Part shown: in pieces, positions 51,446 through 63,830 of the stretch
How the letters are laid out: each line of letters starts with the position of its first letter
Numbering within the stretch: the first letter of the stretch is position 1
Assembly: GCA_002633005.1 (NCBI GenBank)
Contig: NMRA01000038.1
Location: forward strand, 1,008,624 to 1,072,623
Direction: 5' to 3'
DNA length: 64,000 nucleotides
Source of the DNA: Phoronis australis
Lineage: Eukaryota; Animalia; Phoronida
Made by a program: the position numbers and the translations under genes
Notes under the pieces: generated by a model
What the model was told of the DNA's origin: nothing
Database searches by the model: none
The model's input: the letters and a program-made list of their open reading frames with translations, nothing else

Positions 51446-51700
51446 TTAAAGGGATATTAAAGGCGAAAAAGTGATTAATTTTCCGAGATCAACCACAGCG
51501 CGGATCGTCGAACCAGTGGCGCTCCAACGCTCTACTCCAACCAAATAAATGGAATATTTTGAGCGCATTTAACTGCTGACGTCACCGGCCTTGATTTCAG
51601 TGAATGTCAGCTGGCACACAACGGCGAGAAGTGGCGAACTGAAAAACAACTGATTTTGTTGTTTTAAAACTTTAGTCAAGGCTCTAACTTCAATAAGTTT
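51446..51700 (-). mobile_element. Kolobok-like element end in the K+ channel intron
   Basis: ttaa|agggatattaaaggcgaaaaagtg terminus; its reverse complement shares gaagtta.agc.ttgac.a.ag and cagttaaat(g/a)cgct with the 25150 and 35564 copies. Confidence 0.55.
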
Positions 51701-52709
51701 CCCACATCCAACAATAATCCAACTAACAGCCGTACGGCCGATAACGACGCCTTTTATATTTAGCCGTACCCTAGAAATACGTGTACGTAAGCAAGATGAC
51801 CAATCGTCTCTTATGAGTGCTCGCTATGTGTGTGCGAGAAGATTCACATAGAAAACATAAAGTCATTATTATAAACTGCAAGGCCTAAAATCACTTAATT
51901 TCTACTTCGGGATAACTCACCCAAATATTGTTTTTGCCAAATGATTCTCACATAGGGAGTAAATATACAGCCGTCTCTATAATAAACAGTTGGCCGATAG
52001 CCACTATTCCATTTATTCATATCTAAAAACAATAATTTGAGTAGATATGCCAAAGGACGTGTGCGATTGCTGGGCGTTTCATTCGTCTGTAAATATCAAA
52101 ATTGTGCACTCCCGCGAACAAATAGTGACGAGTTTCGATAGCGAAGAACAGCCTACAATATCAACTTAGGTACACGACAACAACAACAGATGAAAACAGG
52201 ATCAAATGCCATAGAAAGGACATCTAAAGTGCTCAGTTTGCGAGATAATCTATAATTCTAAACATACGGTCGGGCAATTAACTTACTAAGCCAACTTCAA
52301 ACAGACCAGAACTAACGGAGAGAACAATTGACTTTGTTGAGAATTCTAGTTTCTGTTGCGAATTTTAAATACGACTACCTCGCATCAGATGGCGATTTAC
52401 GTGGCGAATTATCGCTATGATTGCTTTAATATTTTTCATTTTCATTTGTTCTAATAACACGATGAAGTAAATTCCATTACAGTAGAAGTCATATACTAGA
52501 GGCATTTCTATTAAGGGAATTGAATTCACGTGAAGACTGATTCAACGTTACGCTTGTGTATGACGTGGCGTAAAACGAATTAATTCATTTGTATCGCATT
52601 TACTAATTTGACTCATCGAAATAATTGATAATTGCATCCTCAGCGGTTCAGCTACTTAAAAGATGAGCACAATGGTGTCTAGAACCAATAAAATGGAGAT
52701 ACAATACTA

Positions 52710-53098
52710 CCGGGAATTTCCGAGAATAGGCCCACCCAAAAGTACGCCCATGAGCGTATTTTCGGTACCTGTTTGCATTTTTTGAAACCCTGATGGATTT
52801 TTTGTTAGCATACTTTGAAGTGCAGTCTTAACGCACTGTATTTGTTGAATGCGAAATAAGTACAGATGAATAAAATTCTTTTTTAGTGAGATACAATAAA
52901 CTCATCAAAAGGGATATGTTTATTTCAAAAACTTCACAATAATTGTTTGTTTAACAAAAATGTTTGGCAAAGTTTACGAAAATCCCGCCTTCCTAAAATA
53001 CGTAAATACGTCCAGGGGAGTATTCGTTTTCATTTGACGTTTTTGAAAGGTCGTTTTCCGAATATCCGATCATGGGCCTATATTCAGAAATTCTGGAA
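52710..53098. mobile_element. Degenerate TA-flanked MITE
   Basis: ta|ccgggaatttccgagaataggccca versus tgggcctatattcagaaattctgg (imperfect inverted match). Confidence 0.5.
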
Positions 53099-53316
53099 AC
53101 ATAGGCAATGGGCCGTAGGCCACAGGAGGCTAATAACTCCACTTCTGTGGCCACTTTTTGGGGAAGTTTATTTTGATGTTTTTGATATCACAAAGCATTG
53201 CATTTTGTAATAAAAAGTCCCTATGTTTAAACTTTCAGATTTCCATGAAATTTTGACTTTCAAATTTGGCTAATTCTTCAAATCGGACTTGGAACATATT
53301 CAAAAACATTGAAATT

Positions 53317-53408
53317 AGATGTCCGTGAGGGGCGATACAAGATGTCCTTGAGGGGCGATACAAGATGTCCATGAGGGGCGATATAAAATGTCCATGAGGG
53401 GCTCTATG
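53317..53408 (+). repeat. 23-bp minisatellite (agatgtccNtgaggggcgataca), ~4 copies
   Basis: Read directly from the sequence. Confidence 0.85.
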
Positions 53409-55281
53409 AAATTTCTATAGATCGCTTTAAAATAACACACAGTCTTCCATTTTGTTTCGCCTTTGGATTCATAACCACATGAGTCTAAGAAGGCCACCTC
53501 CATGAACTTTGTTTGCTAATATCGAATAAGCACTATTGTTAACATACACCATGACTCACGGGATGCTTTTGTTTAATTAAAGACAAACAAAAATATGGTC
53601 AGAAGACATGTTTATTGGCAAACGGAAAAGTTTTGCTACAGGAGCTGGATTCCAAATTTAATAGACAAGTAAAACTTAACGTCTGATCCTCCGGTATAAA
53701 GAAATATTGCAATGACGCCTAAATTAAAAGGGGACCAGTTAAAGCCGAGCTGGGGATACATGGGAAAGATTGAACTTTCGAGGCGCAAGACTTTTTTGTC
53801 GGGGGATGCCGGGAAGATGTAAAATAAAGCAGGGCAACATAGGCGATGGAAACAAGGGAAGCCAGCCTGTGAACATTGGGATTGGGGAACGAATATGGCG
53901 TGGGGCACAGTACGTGGAGAGAATATTGGTACTGGGAAATATCGAAAAAAAGGTTAAACAACATGTCTGAATAAAACAAAATACACTTTCGGTTTCAAAA
54001 CTGATATAAAATGATTTTATTTTCTAAAACTTGTTGGCTGGTTGTGGCAGCAACATTTAAAGAAATCCACTCAATCTTTTGGACACAACCGAAAAGGTCA
54101 ACATGGATGTTAAAAAAAGGATTAAATCTCTTTTTCTAGGGTGTGTGGAATGTGTAAAAAATGACATTGTGTGTTCATATTTTTATTGCGGTAAAAAACA
54201 AAAGTTTGAAGAATTAAAAAAAAACAGTGAAACAGTGTGGTGTTTCCACTGCATGGTGATTCTCCCGAAACAGGTCCCAAATTTTTGGTAATAATTTTTT
54301 CTACTTGAGCTAGGGAGGCGAAACTTAGCATAAATTTGCACAATTCTATTCCCAACAAACGCTGTAGCACGCGCTCCGAAAAAATTGTTCAATGTCGCCT
54401 TTTCGATTGTGTAAATTTGTAGTTGTACTGGTATATTCCACAGAGCAGTCCTATTTATAAAAAAGTGGAGTCTTTGATTGATGACAAATGAACCTCCTTG
54501 AAACTGTACGCATTGCGCACAGGGCAAAGGTGCGATAAATAACATGATTAGTTTTTCATGCCTTGGGTGGGAAACGCCAAATGAGATGGGAATTAAACAT
54601 CTGAAATTTATCATTTTGGATCTTAGTTCGCTAATTGATCAACCTCGTAAATCGGGCATTCGTTCATTCTTATTTCTCTTGAAAACTAGATGAATTGATG
54701 TTTCAAATAAAGAATGGCTGTAACCAGTGTTTTAGTCTGTTCTAGTAACCCATCTGTTATACGCCTGGAGCTGTCACCTCAATAACTGATTTAACAGAAA
54801 CCCAAGAAAATTTTGCTCGCTAGAATTCTCAAATAAATTATTGTGCAATCGTAGTGAATTTAAAAACCCTTTTGATTGTCTCGATATTCTTTGTTCGTGT
54901 TCCCCTTAACACGACGTTGAACATGTTTGTTGCGGAAGTACTGTTCGTTGGCCTATTTTCAGTATTTTGATTAATGAACGTTTTTAAAGGACCCTCATTC
55001 TTCATTCTTGCCCTACATGTGATACGGGGTTCTGTTTTCTACGATTCGGTTCATTAGCCAGATTCTAGAGGACATCTGGCGTACCAAAGTCACCGTTCTG
55101 GTACGTGTTATTTCGAGGGAAAGCCTCGCTAGGGATCGTTTTCGAAATATCGCGACTATTTCTAGAAGCGCAGTTAATTGTTGTCCATTTTTTTCAATGT
55201 CTGGTGTATTTTTCATAAAAGCCGCCTTCTGTCCAAAAACTTTTCAATTGATAACACTTAATGTTATGAGATTGGTCTCAG

Positions 55282-55542
55282 CTTGTTCCTTGTTCGAGTT
55301 AAAGACGATTTCCAGGCTTTGTGAAGAACTGACAGTTCGTCATTACTCAATGAGGTCACGCTCAACAAGTTGGCTTGTCACGACAGGTCATTTCATGCTC
55401 TGAGAACTGATAGTTCGTTATTGCTAAGAGCATAAAATGACCAGTCGTTAAGCCGACTTCTTGAGCCTGGTCTCAATGAACAATAACGAACAGTTTTTCC
55501 AAGCCCCGAAAACACTTATCATCCGTCCGAGTAAGGGACAAG
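55282..55542. repeat. ~260-bp imperfect palindrome in the K+ channel intron
   Basis: gttcgtcattactcaatgag..gctcaacaagttggctt..acgacaggtcatttcatgctct pairs with agagcataaaatgaccagtcgt.aagccgacttcttgagc..ctcaatgaacaataacgaac. Confidence 0.75.
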
Positions 55543-56857
55543 TTTTTCACTTGTTATTCTGTATTGGTTTTGGCGGTATTGTGCATGTCGACTTACCACC
55601 CCTGGGGTTTGCTTAACTTTTACAAACCCGTCGTAGTTATTTTACACAAAATGTAACTGGGCTGGTCAAATCTTACCAAGAGTGGTCGTACATCCTCGTT
55701 TAGACGTCGTTAAGTTACTGCATTTTAATAAAACAGGCCTCTGACGTAGATTGTGTTGATTTCTGGCACACCTGATACAGGTAACATTTTTTCCTGACGT
55801 GCACTAGTTGGTGACCTGAGCGAGGTGCATTGATTGCATTCACAGTTGTCTTTATCGATAACTCAAATGTGGCTATTTTTTCTTACATTCATCACTGCAT
55901 GTTTTATGTGATACAACTGTTCATTTTATTAGCTTCAGGCCGTATTTGCAATTCCAATTCTAGCTCAGTTCTAGAGTGTTCCGTGGGTAGGCCTACGTTG
56001 TTGAAGTTTGCGACTCTCCAAGTCTAGAGAGTTACTGAATCAGGTTTTTGTGGCACCTCGAGTGTTGACAAAGTTAACATTTGGGGGTCTCATTCGGGAT
56101 TCTATCAGCTCCTTACACCCTGCAGTTTCATTGGCCTGGATAATTCTATGCTCAGTGCAGTGCACCTGTTTGTTTTAACAGGTTCCTTGAATGCTTCATC
56201 TACTAGTAGCTCAAATTTTCACCAGTCTAACGTGCGCTCGATTTGTGAGGGTGTTCTGAAATTGTTTTGGTAGTACCTCAAACATACGAGCTGTGTTCAA
56301 AGTTGAGATGTCCTTTTTTCGGTTTCTGGTGAGCCTTCTGATAATTTGTCTAACATGGGTTGATCCATGCACAAAGCGGGTCGCAACTCTTTATTATCAA
56401 TTAGGTCTGACTGGTTCCTCGAATAACTACCATATTTCAAAGTTTTATCAGTTTGTCGAGGCGATGCTGAACATACAAACAACTGACACAACAAGTACTT
56501 TTCTAGCATTTAGTGGTCAGTATTTAATAATAAGTAAGTTTTTGTGGTATCTCGAATGTTTGAGCTTGTTTAATTTCGGAGATTCTCCTTAGGTTTCACG
56601 ATGTCCCAGCCAAAATGCATTTCATTGGGTCATTACATTTAGAGAGACTGATGGTATTCTTTATTAGCCGGTACCTGGAATATCTAATCTAGTTCAATTG
56701 GCACCTTCATAAGGTCCTCGGAGGCCACCGCCTGAGTCCAGATACCGACATAAATCCATATCTGTATATGATTGGGTGACCAGTAATTGCTTCGAATATT
56801 GGTACCTTGCTAGTCCAGGCTGCAATGAGTACCCACAACTAAAGGCTGGTGGTTTTT

Positions 56858-57421
56858 AGGTTATGTAGGACCTTATGTAGGACCTTATGTAGGACCTTAT
56901 GTAGGACCTAATGTAGGACCTTATGTAGGACCTTATGTAGGACCTTATGTAGGACCTTATGTAGGACCTTATGTAGGACTTGTCGGTGTATTTAGCCGAA
57001 TATCTAAAAATGTGTATGTATTTTCTAAAAGCAGAAAGCCTGTAAAATTTGGTTTTTGATTTTATATCAATCTGCTATTAATTGGGTCACGTGACCATGA
57101 ATTTTAGTAAAAATTAGCAAAAGAGAAAGGCACATTGAAATTCATAGTAAAACAACGGTATCAATAACATGACCAAATTTCGTCAGTTTCCTAAATTATC
57201 TTTTCGTTTTCGTTTTTTGCAACTTTTGATTTTTTCATAAAAATCATGAAACTCCTATTTTTGATAGCCTCTCTTGCAAAAGTGACAATTTCCAAAAACA
57301 ATTGCTAACAGCGTTTTAGAGAACATATCTGAAAATTTCACGTCAATCCGGTCAGCCACTTCTGAGATATGATGTTCAAAGGTTTGCCAAATTTTGGCAT
57401 TTTTCGAAGGTCCTACATAAC
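56858..57421. mobile_element. Non-autonomous DNA transposon (Kolobok-like interior) whose left TIR is tandemly amplified
   Basis: Right end aaggtcctacataac (57407-57421) is the exact reverse complement of gttatgtaggacctt at the start of the array. Confidence 0.6.
56861..56979 (+). repeat. 12-bp tandem repeat (ttatgtaggacc), ~10 copies
   Basis: Read directly; one variant unit (taatgtaggacc). Confidence 0.95.
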
Positions 57422-57801
57422 GCTGATGCGTTGGCTTATGCCACTTAGCATATGCAGTGTTCAAATTTGGCGCATTTTTGTGATGATGAGCCTTGCGCAA
57501 TCGTCGAGCGCACAAACTATACCCATGCCTATTCATTCACAGAACTAGCAAGAAACGAACCTTAACTCCCGCCTATAGCATTTGAACAAATAAAATATGC
57601 TCGTAGTACTTAAACTTGGAATTCGTGGATTTCTTCGTATTGTTAATGTCGATGCCTGTTCCCATATTTTGTTTGGAGGTCTCCGTGGCCTTTTTCAGTC
57701 ATATGCTAACCTTGGGTGCATTATAGGGTCATGCTGACCAAAATTAAACTTTGTAAACGCACATCACGCTCACCATTTATTACATCATTTTGACTTTGTA
57801 G

Positions 57802-58746
57802 GTTCCAGTCATCTGCTATGTACTCGCAACTGTTGCAGTCGTCACCGTTGGATTTCTCGAAACCTTACCCATGTACAGAGACGATAGACCATTGAACGGA
57901 ACGTTTGACAACAACACTGAGAGTTCAGGCTCACAAAGTTGGGAGAATCGCCGCGTACTGATATATGTATTCAATGTATCCGCAGTCTACTTTTGCATCG
58001 AGTTCCTGTTGCGGCTTGTCTTTTGCCCTTCAAAGAAAATTTTCTTTAAGTCGTTTTTCACATATTTGGATATTGTTCTTTTGGTCGTCATGATCGTTGG
58101 TTTATTGTGCAACATTAAGTTCGTCAATTGTAAGGATACAAACGACGAAGCTCGCGTCGCCTTCATGCTGATTGAAAGCTTTAGGGTTTTCTTGATATTA
58201 AAAGTGCTTAAGTTTGCGCGCTATAACGTTGGCATGAAAGTTTTACTGATGACAATTCGCGCCAGCTTTCGCGAGATGTTTCTGCTCACCACTATCATGA
58301 TGATTGCGTCTTTGTTCTTTGCGATGAATATCTACAGTTATGAATTTTCAAGTGATGAAAACATGTTCCCAAACGCAGCATACGGCATATGGTGGGCAAT
58401 CGTCACCATGACGACCGTCGGCTACGGCGACTTTTACCCCAAAACCTGGGCAGGTTATGTTACCGGTACGCTTTGCGCGTTGACTGGTATGATTCTTACG
58501 GCGCTACCAATTGCGGTAATTGGCGGCAATTTTAGCACGTACCTCGGCTATGCGCATGACTATCAGACAAGAATGAATAAATTGCGTAAAGGGGACACGG
58601 AAGAAAACGCAATCTCCAAAGTTTTGGAACGAATAAACCTATCTGTGGAGAAAAAGAGGTTCAAAAATAAAATTCCTCAGAAACTGTCTAAAGACAAAAG
58701 ACACAATGACACCGAAACAAAAGAAACAACGTTAGATTTTCAATAG
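57802..58746 (+). CDS. Shaw/Kv3-like K+ channel coding exon 2 (S1-S6, pore, C-terminus)
   Basis: tgactttgtag|GTT; S1 VPVICYVLATVAVVTVGFLETLP, S2 EFLLRLVFCP, pore WWAIVTMTTVGYGDFYPKT, S6 LCALTGMILTALPIAVIGGNF; stop at 58746; total ~515 aa. Confidence 0.95.
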   Translation, partial: VPVICYVLATVAVVTVGFLETLPMYRDDRPLNGTFDNNTESSGSQSWENRRVLIYVFNVSAVYFCIEFLLRLVFCPSKKIFFKSFFTYLDIVLLVVMIVGLLCNIKFVNCKDTNDEARVAFMLIESFRVFLILKVLKFARYNVGMKVLLMTIRASFREMFLLTTIMMIASLFFAMNIYSYEFSSDENMFPNAAYGIWWAIVTMTTVGYGDFYPKTWAGYVTGTLCALTGMILTALPIAVIGGNFSTYLGYAHDYQTRMNKLRKGDTEENAISKVLERINLSVEKKRFKNKIPQKLSKDKRHNDTETKETTLDFQ

Positions 58747-61700
58747 ATTGAAACTACACGTCTGTTAGTGGTAACATTTGGGGTTATGGGCAGCAGTATT
58801 ATCACAGGTCACGTTTATGTAAGGTTTTCTATTGCCACTTGCCTCAGAGGCGATTTCGGAACAGAGATTTCTAAACGTTTACGCGTCACAATTGTTAAGA
58901 AATTTTACGAAAATCCATAATAGCAACGGGTCATTTTTGTATAACGTCGATATGGTTCAATTGTATTAAATAATATGTACATTTCATAAATTACAACACT
59001 TTATGTATTTGTCTAAGTGTCAAGTTCGTATCTTCGTAAAAAGTGAAGTTAAGTTTCATTCAACTCTGGCTGTCACCGAGTTCTTCGTGCACGAAAAGAC
59101 ATTCTAAAAATTCTTTATCAGAGTCTGATTACTTTTTAAAATTTGTGTTTGGAGACAGAGTGTTATTTTGGAACATAAATACCGTACTAAAATTCGCCTT
59201 TGGCTAAAATAATGCGGAAAGCCTCTTTAAAAACAAGCACGTAACTCTACATGATTTAGAATCAGAACACTGAAAAATATTTGATTCCGATCAGCTAGTC
59301 ATGAGTGGCAGCAAACGCGAGTGAGCTGAGCGATCGCTGTGGGCCCCAGGAAATTGTGATGCACCGTTGGCGCTGGGCATGCTCCAGAAGTTCTGCATGT
59401 ATAGAATTCAGAAATGTTTTTTAATTACGCATTGTTGTAACGCAGCCAACACGGTGAAAATAAATTATCTCCCCCTACGGTGATTTGGCGTTGCAAGCCG
59501 GTTGTTGGAAGCGAAGGCGCGGTTAGAGGAGGTTGGGTTTCAGCCCCCATATTTCCAGGGTGGTCATATTTACCAGTAATTCTATGCATTCCATGGGTGT
59601 GATTTAACCACATACCGGCTTTATTATTTTTTGTTATGGTTACACGCCAGCAAATCTTAGACTTAAAAGTTCTTCCCCCCACCACTGAAAAAACGCTCCG
59701 CCGTCAATGGAGAATAAAAGCATTTTGGGTGAACGCGCGCGCATTCCCTTTGCTATGAGAAGATTCCGATAAGATGAAAAACACAGAACTTATCGACTGC
59801 GTTCAAATCCGCTGTCGAAGAACGCAGTTTTACAGTAAACCCCACTACCAATTTGACACACTGTCAGTTTCGTGTGTCACAGTCGGAGATCACGTGGCAA
59901 ATTTCCCTCAAGTTTTGAAAATTACGTTTCTGCAACAGTTAAATCCAGACTTGAAAACAATCGGAAAATTGTTAAAATGAAAACTTCAGTCGATGAGCTT
60001 GGATATTAGTGGTTTAAATTGGGGTTTGTTCGTTCGGTTAACTCATTTAGTTCCAGTATTAAATTGATCACACACCAACATCAGCCATTTTGTAACGGAT
60101 AAGTCAAGTTTCACTAACCTGCTTGATTCCGGGCATAGGCGCAGCCGGCTTCACGCAGTGTTAATTTGTAAATTTATGAAAAAGAAATGATGAGCACATA
60201 GGCGAAGAAGTGTGTTGTTTATTCTGTTTGTTTGTAGTGCCACACGAAAGCTGGCGCAGACGTATACATGTACTTTGCATTGAAGGGCGAAACTGGTGTT
60301 TTGGCACTAGGAGTGTGAGAATGAATTTTTCCAACAAATTCCCTTCTGCCAAAGTCGCCTCTTGCGGATTTTGCCAGCCGAAAGGCCAACAACCATTTCA
60401 CCCAACAAACCATACAGTTGTTCTAGGATCCAAAACCCTCGTTCTGACCACGCATTGGTCACGCCACTGTGACATGGACCCGGAGCAAGTTTTATGATCT
60501 GCAAAAATTATACGAACTCGTTTTTGATTAGCGTAAATGATTTTATTGCATTGGTGTTTCATATTAGCCTACACATGTTGTCATTTAATTACACAAAAGT
60601 TCATCAAGTGCAGTGAAATTTACGAGGTGAATAAAGACTATACTGGAAACGACTACATGCCTGTTGTGATCTATTGTCTTGTATTTATTCACTTTTATTA
60701 CGGTAATTCTTCACCTATATCGCACGAACTATTTGTCAAGATAAAGAAAATTGTTGAGATTAAAATTTCTTGAAATGACCGACATATTGTGTGCTGGGCA
60801 CAAACAAATCGGCATAGAAGTAGATGTCTCTATTTTTTATCTCGATAACAGTCGATGTTTCTGGACTGGTCAAAAGGTTAATTATTATACTGTCCACGGT
60901 AGTTTTCGGCCTCCACCCCTGAACGCCACACGCTCCTACCTCATACCGCCTGTACAGTCGCCCGGAAACGTGACGGTCAGCTGTCTTAGAGCTAGCGCTG
61001 ATAAAATCCGCGCGTCTCAAATGCAAATGAGCTCACGTGCGGCAACTTGAATCGAATGTCTCACTTGTTTGTTTTTTGTTTACCTGGCGAGCTGTGTATC
61101 GTCACAGCGTGCGGGTGGAGTGAGCTAACTGCACAGCCGGCTACCTTCGGTACACAATGAACATGAATTATCGCGTCACCTGACGATAACAAAACTCGTC
61201 CGCGCGCGCGCCATGTGCATCACTTTTACATTTTACGAGACGTAAAGCGAACTTAATTTACTGCCAGGACAGATAGTTGCCTCACTGTGTGCTGTGAAAA
61301 CGACATGAGGTAAATCTCTCTTGAAGCAAACAGTTCAGCTCAGTTGTAGTTATGTGACTCTTACTGCGATTTTCCGATTTTTTTAGATAAAACTTCCCCG
61401 CACACACCCCATACGTTTACTTCCTGAATGTGCGTCTCTTTGTCAAGCCCGTTCTTTCTTTAATGTAAAAGAAAAAATAAGATCTTTCAGTCGAAGGCGG
61501 GTAAATTGTTGTTTCGTTCCACGCAGCCTATTTTTAATCGTCCAGAAATTATCTAAGAAGGGCCATCATTTTTCGACACTAAATGGACCTTATTCGAGAT
61601 AAAAATGATTTTTGAAATCAGCCTCATCATCGCATCGATCGTGCAAGACCGCGGCAGCACTGAGTCCAACGCGGCCCTGGGGGATCTGTAATGACAAGAA

Positions 61701-62190
61701 CATAACAGATTGTCTTGTTTTACAGGTATGATCTAAGCTGAACTTTTGAACAGAAAGGTCTATCCCATCTAAGAACGGTCATGAAAAATGTGTTTCTTCG
61801 TCGTTAACCTTAAGTTAAACTTAGAACACCTTTGTTAAAAACCGGGCCCATTTTCAACGCTGAATCTGGACTCTTGTGGTGGTCAAATTTCACGGCTCAA
61901 TTAATTCTACACGGGGGCACCTAACCCGCCACAACGGTAGTGAAGTAAGAAGAGGGGGGGGGGGAGCACTGATCCCCGCCCAGAGACAAGGCTTTCAACA
62001 TCAATGATGAGGCGAGCTGTGGAGTGACTTGTAGTAAATTAACAGTACTCGGCTCGGTACCCGACTGGCTGAAATCCCAAACAATACCTGTTGCAGGAAT
62101 CGCTTTAAATCGGTCTACTTCGAGTTCTCACTGAAGAGGACGAAGTTGGTCATTTACATTAAGCTAACAGGGTTTCACACAGATGTGGAC

Positions 62191-62516
62191 GGTTGCTCTA
62201 GTCCGAAAGTGCACTCAGTCTGAAAGTGCACTAGTCCGACGGTGTACTAGTCTGAAGATGCACTAGTCCGAAGGTGCACTAGTCCGCAAATAGATAAGAT
62301 TTCGGACTCAGACTATCTTTTTGTCCATATGCGATAACTATACAAACACTTCGGATGCTGGTCTTGGTGGCGCACGCCGCCAGGCCTTCCGAAAACAACC
62401 GCTCGACGCCGGCCGGGGTACCAATTACACTTTCGGACTAATGCACCTTCAGACTGTAGTGCACCTTCGGACTCAGTGCCACACCTTCGGAGTAGTGCAC
62501 CTTCGGACTCGGGACC
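62191..62516. mobile_element. Fold-back DNA element with inverted arrays of 16-bp subterminal repeats (actagtccgaaggtgc)
   Basis: About 6 copies at 62198-62287 and about 5 reverse-complement copies (gcaccttcggactagt-like) at 62428-62510. Confidence 0.8.
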
Positions 62517-63539
62517 TATACGGAAGTGAGCTAGTGCTCAGAAGCGATGATGAAACCTATGGGCTTGAGAGCCATTCTCAATGAATCGCGACAATTCGAC
62601 ACCTGAGACACTCGATTTTCAAGTATCTTCATCTGGAGCTAACGTATTATTTTTTCTTAGTTTAGTGTATGAATGATAAGTTTTGAACAATTTCCTCAGC
62701 TCAACAAGTGCAGTTATAGAGTTATTTTGTTGTTTTATTAGAGAAACTGAATAATTTATTTGAAAACAAAAACGCGTTCGTTGGGTTAATTTTCGGTCTA
62801 GTTTGTTATCATTGACAACGAACAATCTCATTGTGCAATTTTATTAATCAGCATGCTTGTTAAAATCGAGAAAAACAGCTCTTAGTATTTTCTACTCTTT
62901 TGTGTATTTTTCGTGGACATATAAAAATTTAACTTTTGAACTAAATTTTTACTTTTTCAAAACACGTCGTTTGTTTATAACTGTGTTTTATAAAAACAGG
63001 TGCCGTGGTGTTTGCACTTGTCTTAATTTTCATTAGCGACTATCGATCATTCAAAAACTGGTATCCAATATCCGGTAATGTGATGACTAAAAAGTCCTTA
63101 AGTGAATTTAAAGAAGTCTCGTAAATGACACAACATGTCCCGTAAGTGAGGGGCAACTGTGTCGGTGGAAATTATTTCTGACCACCTACTCTTCAGGAAA
63201 AACTGGTATGAAATAATGACGGATAGTATACGTATTGAAGGCTATTTGTTGTCACTTGTATGAGTTGACGTAACTGATTACGTAATAAAAATGACAACAG
63301 ATTTCAATTCAACCGTCTGTGATGCAAGAAGGCACGTGGAGACATTTGTAACACAACTCACATGTATATGTACAGGTAAATCCAAAAGCTTGCGTTCAAC
63401 ATTTCTACATTTGCGATACAATTGTGCCTGACATCTAACACGTCACATGTCACGTCCCGTAAATGACAACTTAAGCGTTGACAATTGGGCTAAAGACTGT
63501 CAAGGTTAAAAACCTTTTAACGGCAATTTTAACTGGGCT

Positions 63540-63830
63540 TTAAACGTCATTAGGAAAAATCAAGGTAGTCCAGCAATTCATCTGACGCCTTGAACACTCT
63601 GCAGCTTTCCCAGTAGGTGCGAGGTCCAGGACGAGATTCAGGATGTCATCTTTCCGTAGCCAAATCTTGTTTCCTTCGGCCGGCCACATAAACAATCCAC
63701 TCATTTTACTGGACGGCTGCAAGAAGTATCCTCCACAGGCTAGTCGACATCATCTGTGTCCACGACTTGTCCGAGATATCGGCGACCTTCATATTTACAA
63801 ACAAAATTGCCTTGCTTCACTTATATATTG
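63540..63830 (-). pseudogene. Decayed coding fragment, probably a DNA-transposon protein C-terminus
   Basis: VKQGNFVCKYEGRRYLGQVVDTDDVD*PVE, frameshift, FLQPSSKMSGLFMWPAEGNKIWLRKDDIL; resembles from memory the Tudor-like tail of invertebrate transposase-associated ORFs; repeated ccgtaa(g/a)tga motifs at 63.1-63.5 kb may be subterminal repeats. Confidence 0.45.

Noticed and set aside
54183-54614. 143-aa minus-strand ORF in the K+ channel intron
   Set aside because: No recognisable motif and no convincing splice context; composition is typical of chance ORFs in AT-rich DNA.
55750-56820. Possible LINE remnant on the minus strand
   Set aside because: Only vague coding-like texture with many stops and no diagnostic endonuclease or RT motif, so it is not called.
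50687-58746. Two separate genes (a KCTD-like T1 protein and a T1-less channel), as the ORF track suggests
   Set aside because: A phase-0 GT-AG intron (51290-57801) joins them into one complete Kv protein, restoring S1.
60161-60504. Overlapping short ORFs on both strands
   Set aside because: No recognisable homology and no consistent exon chain.
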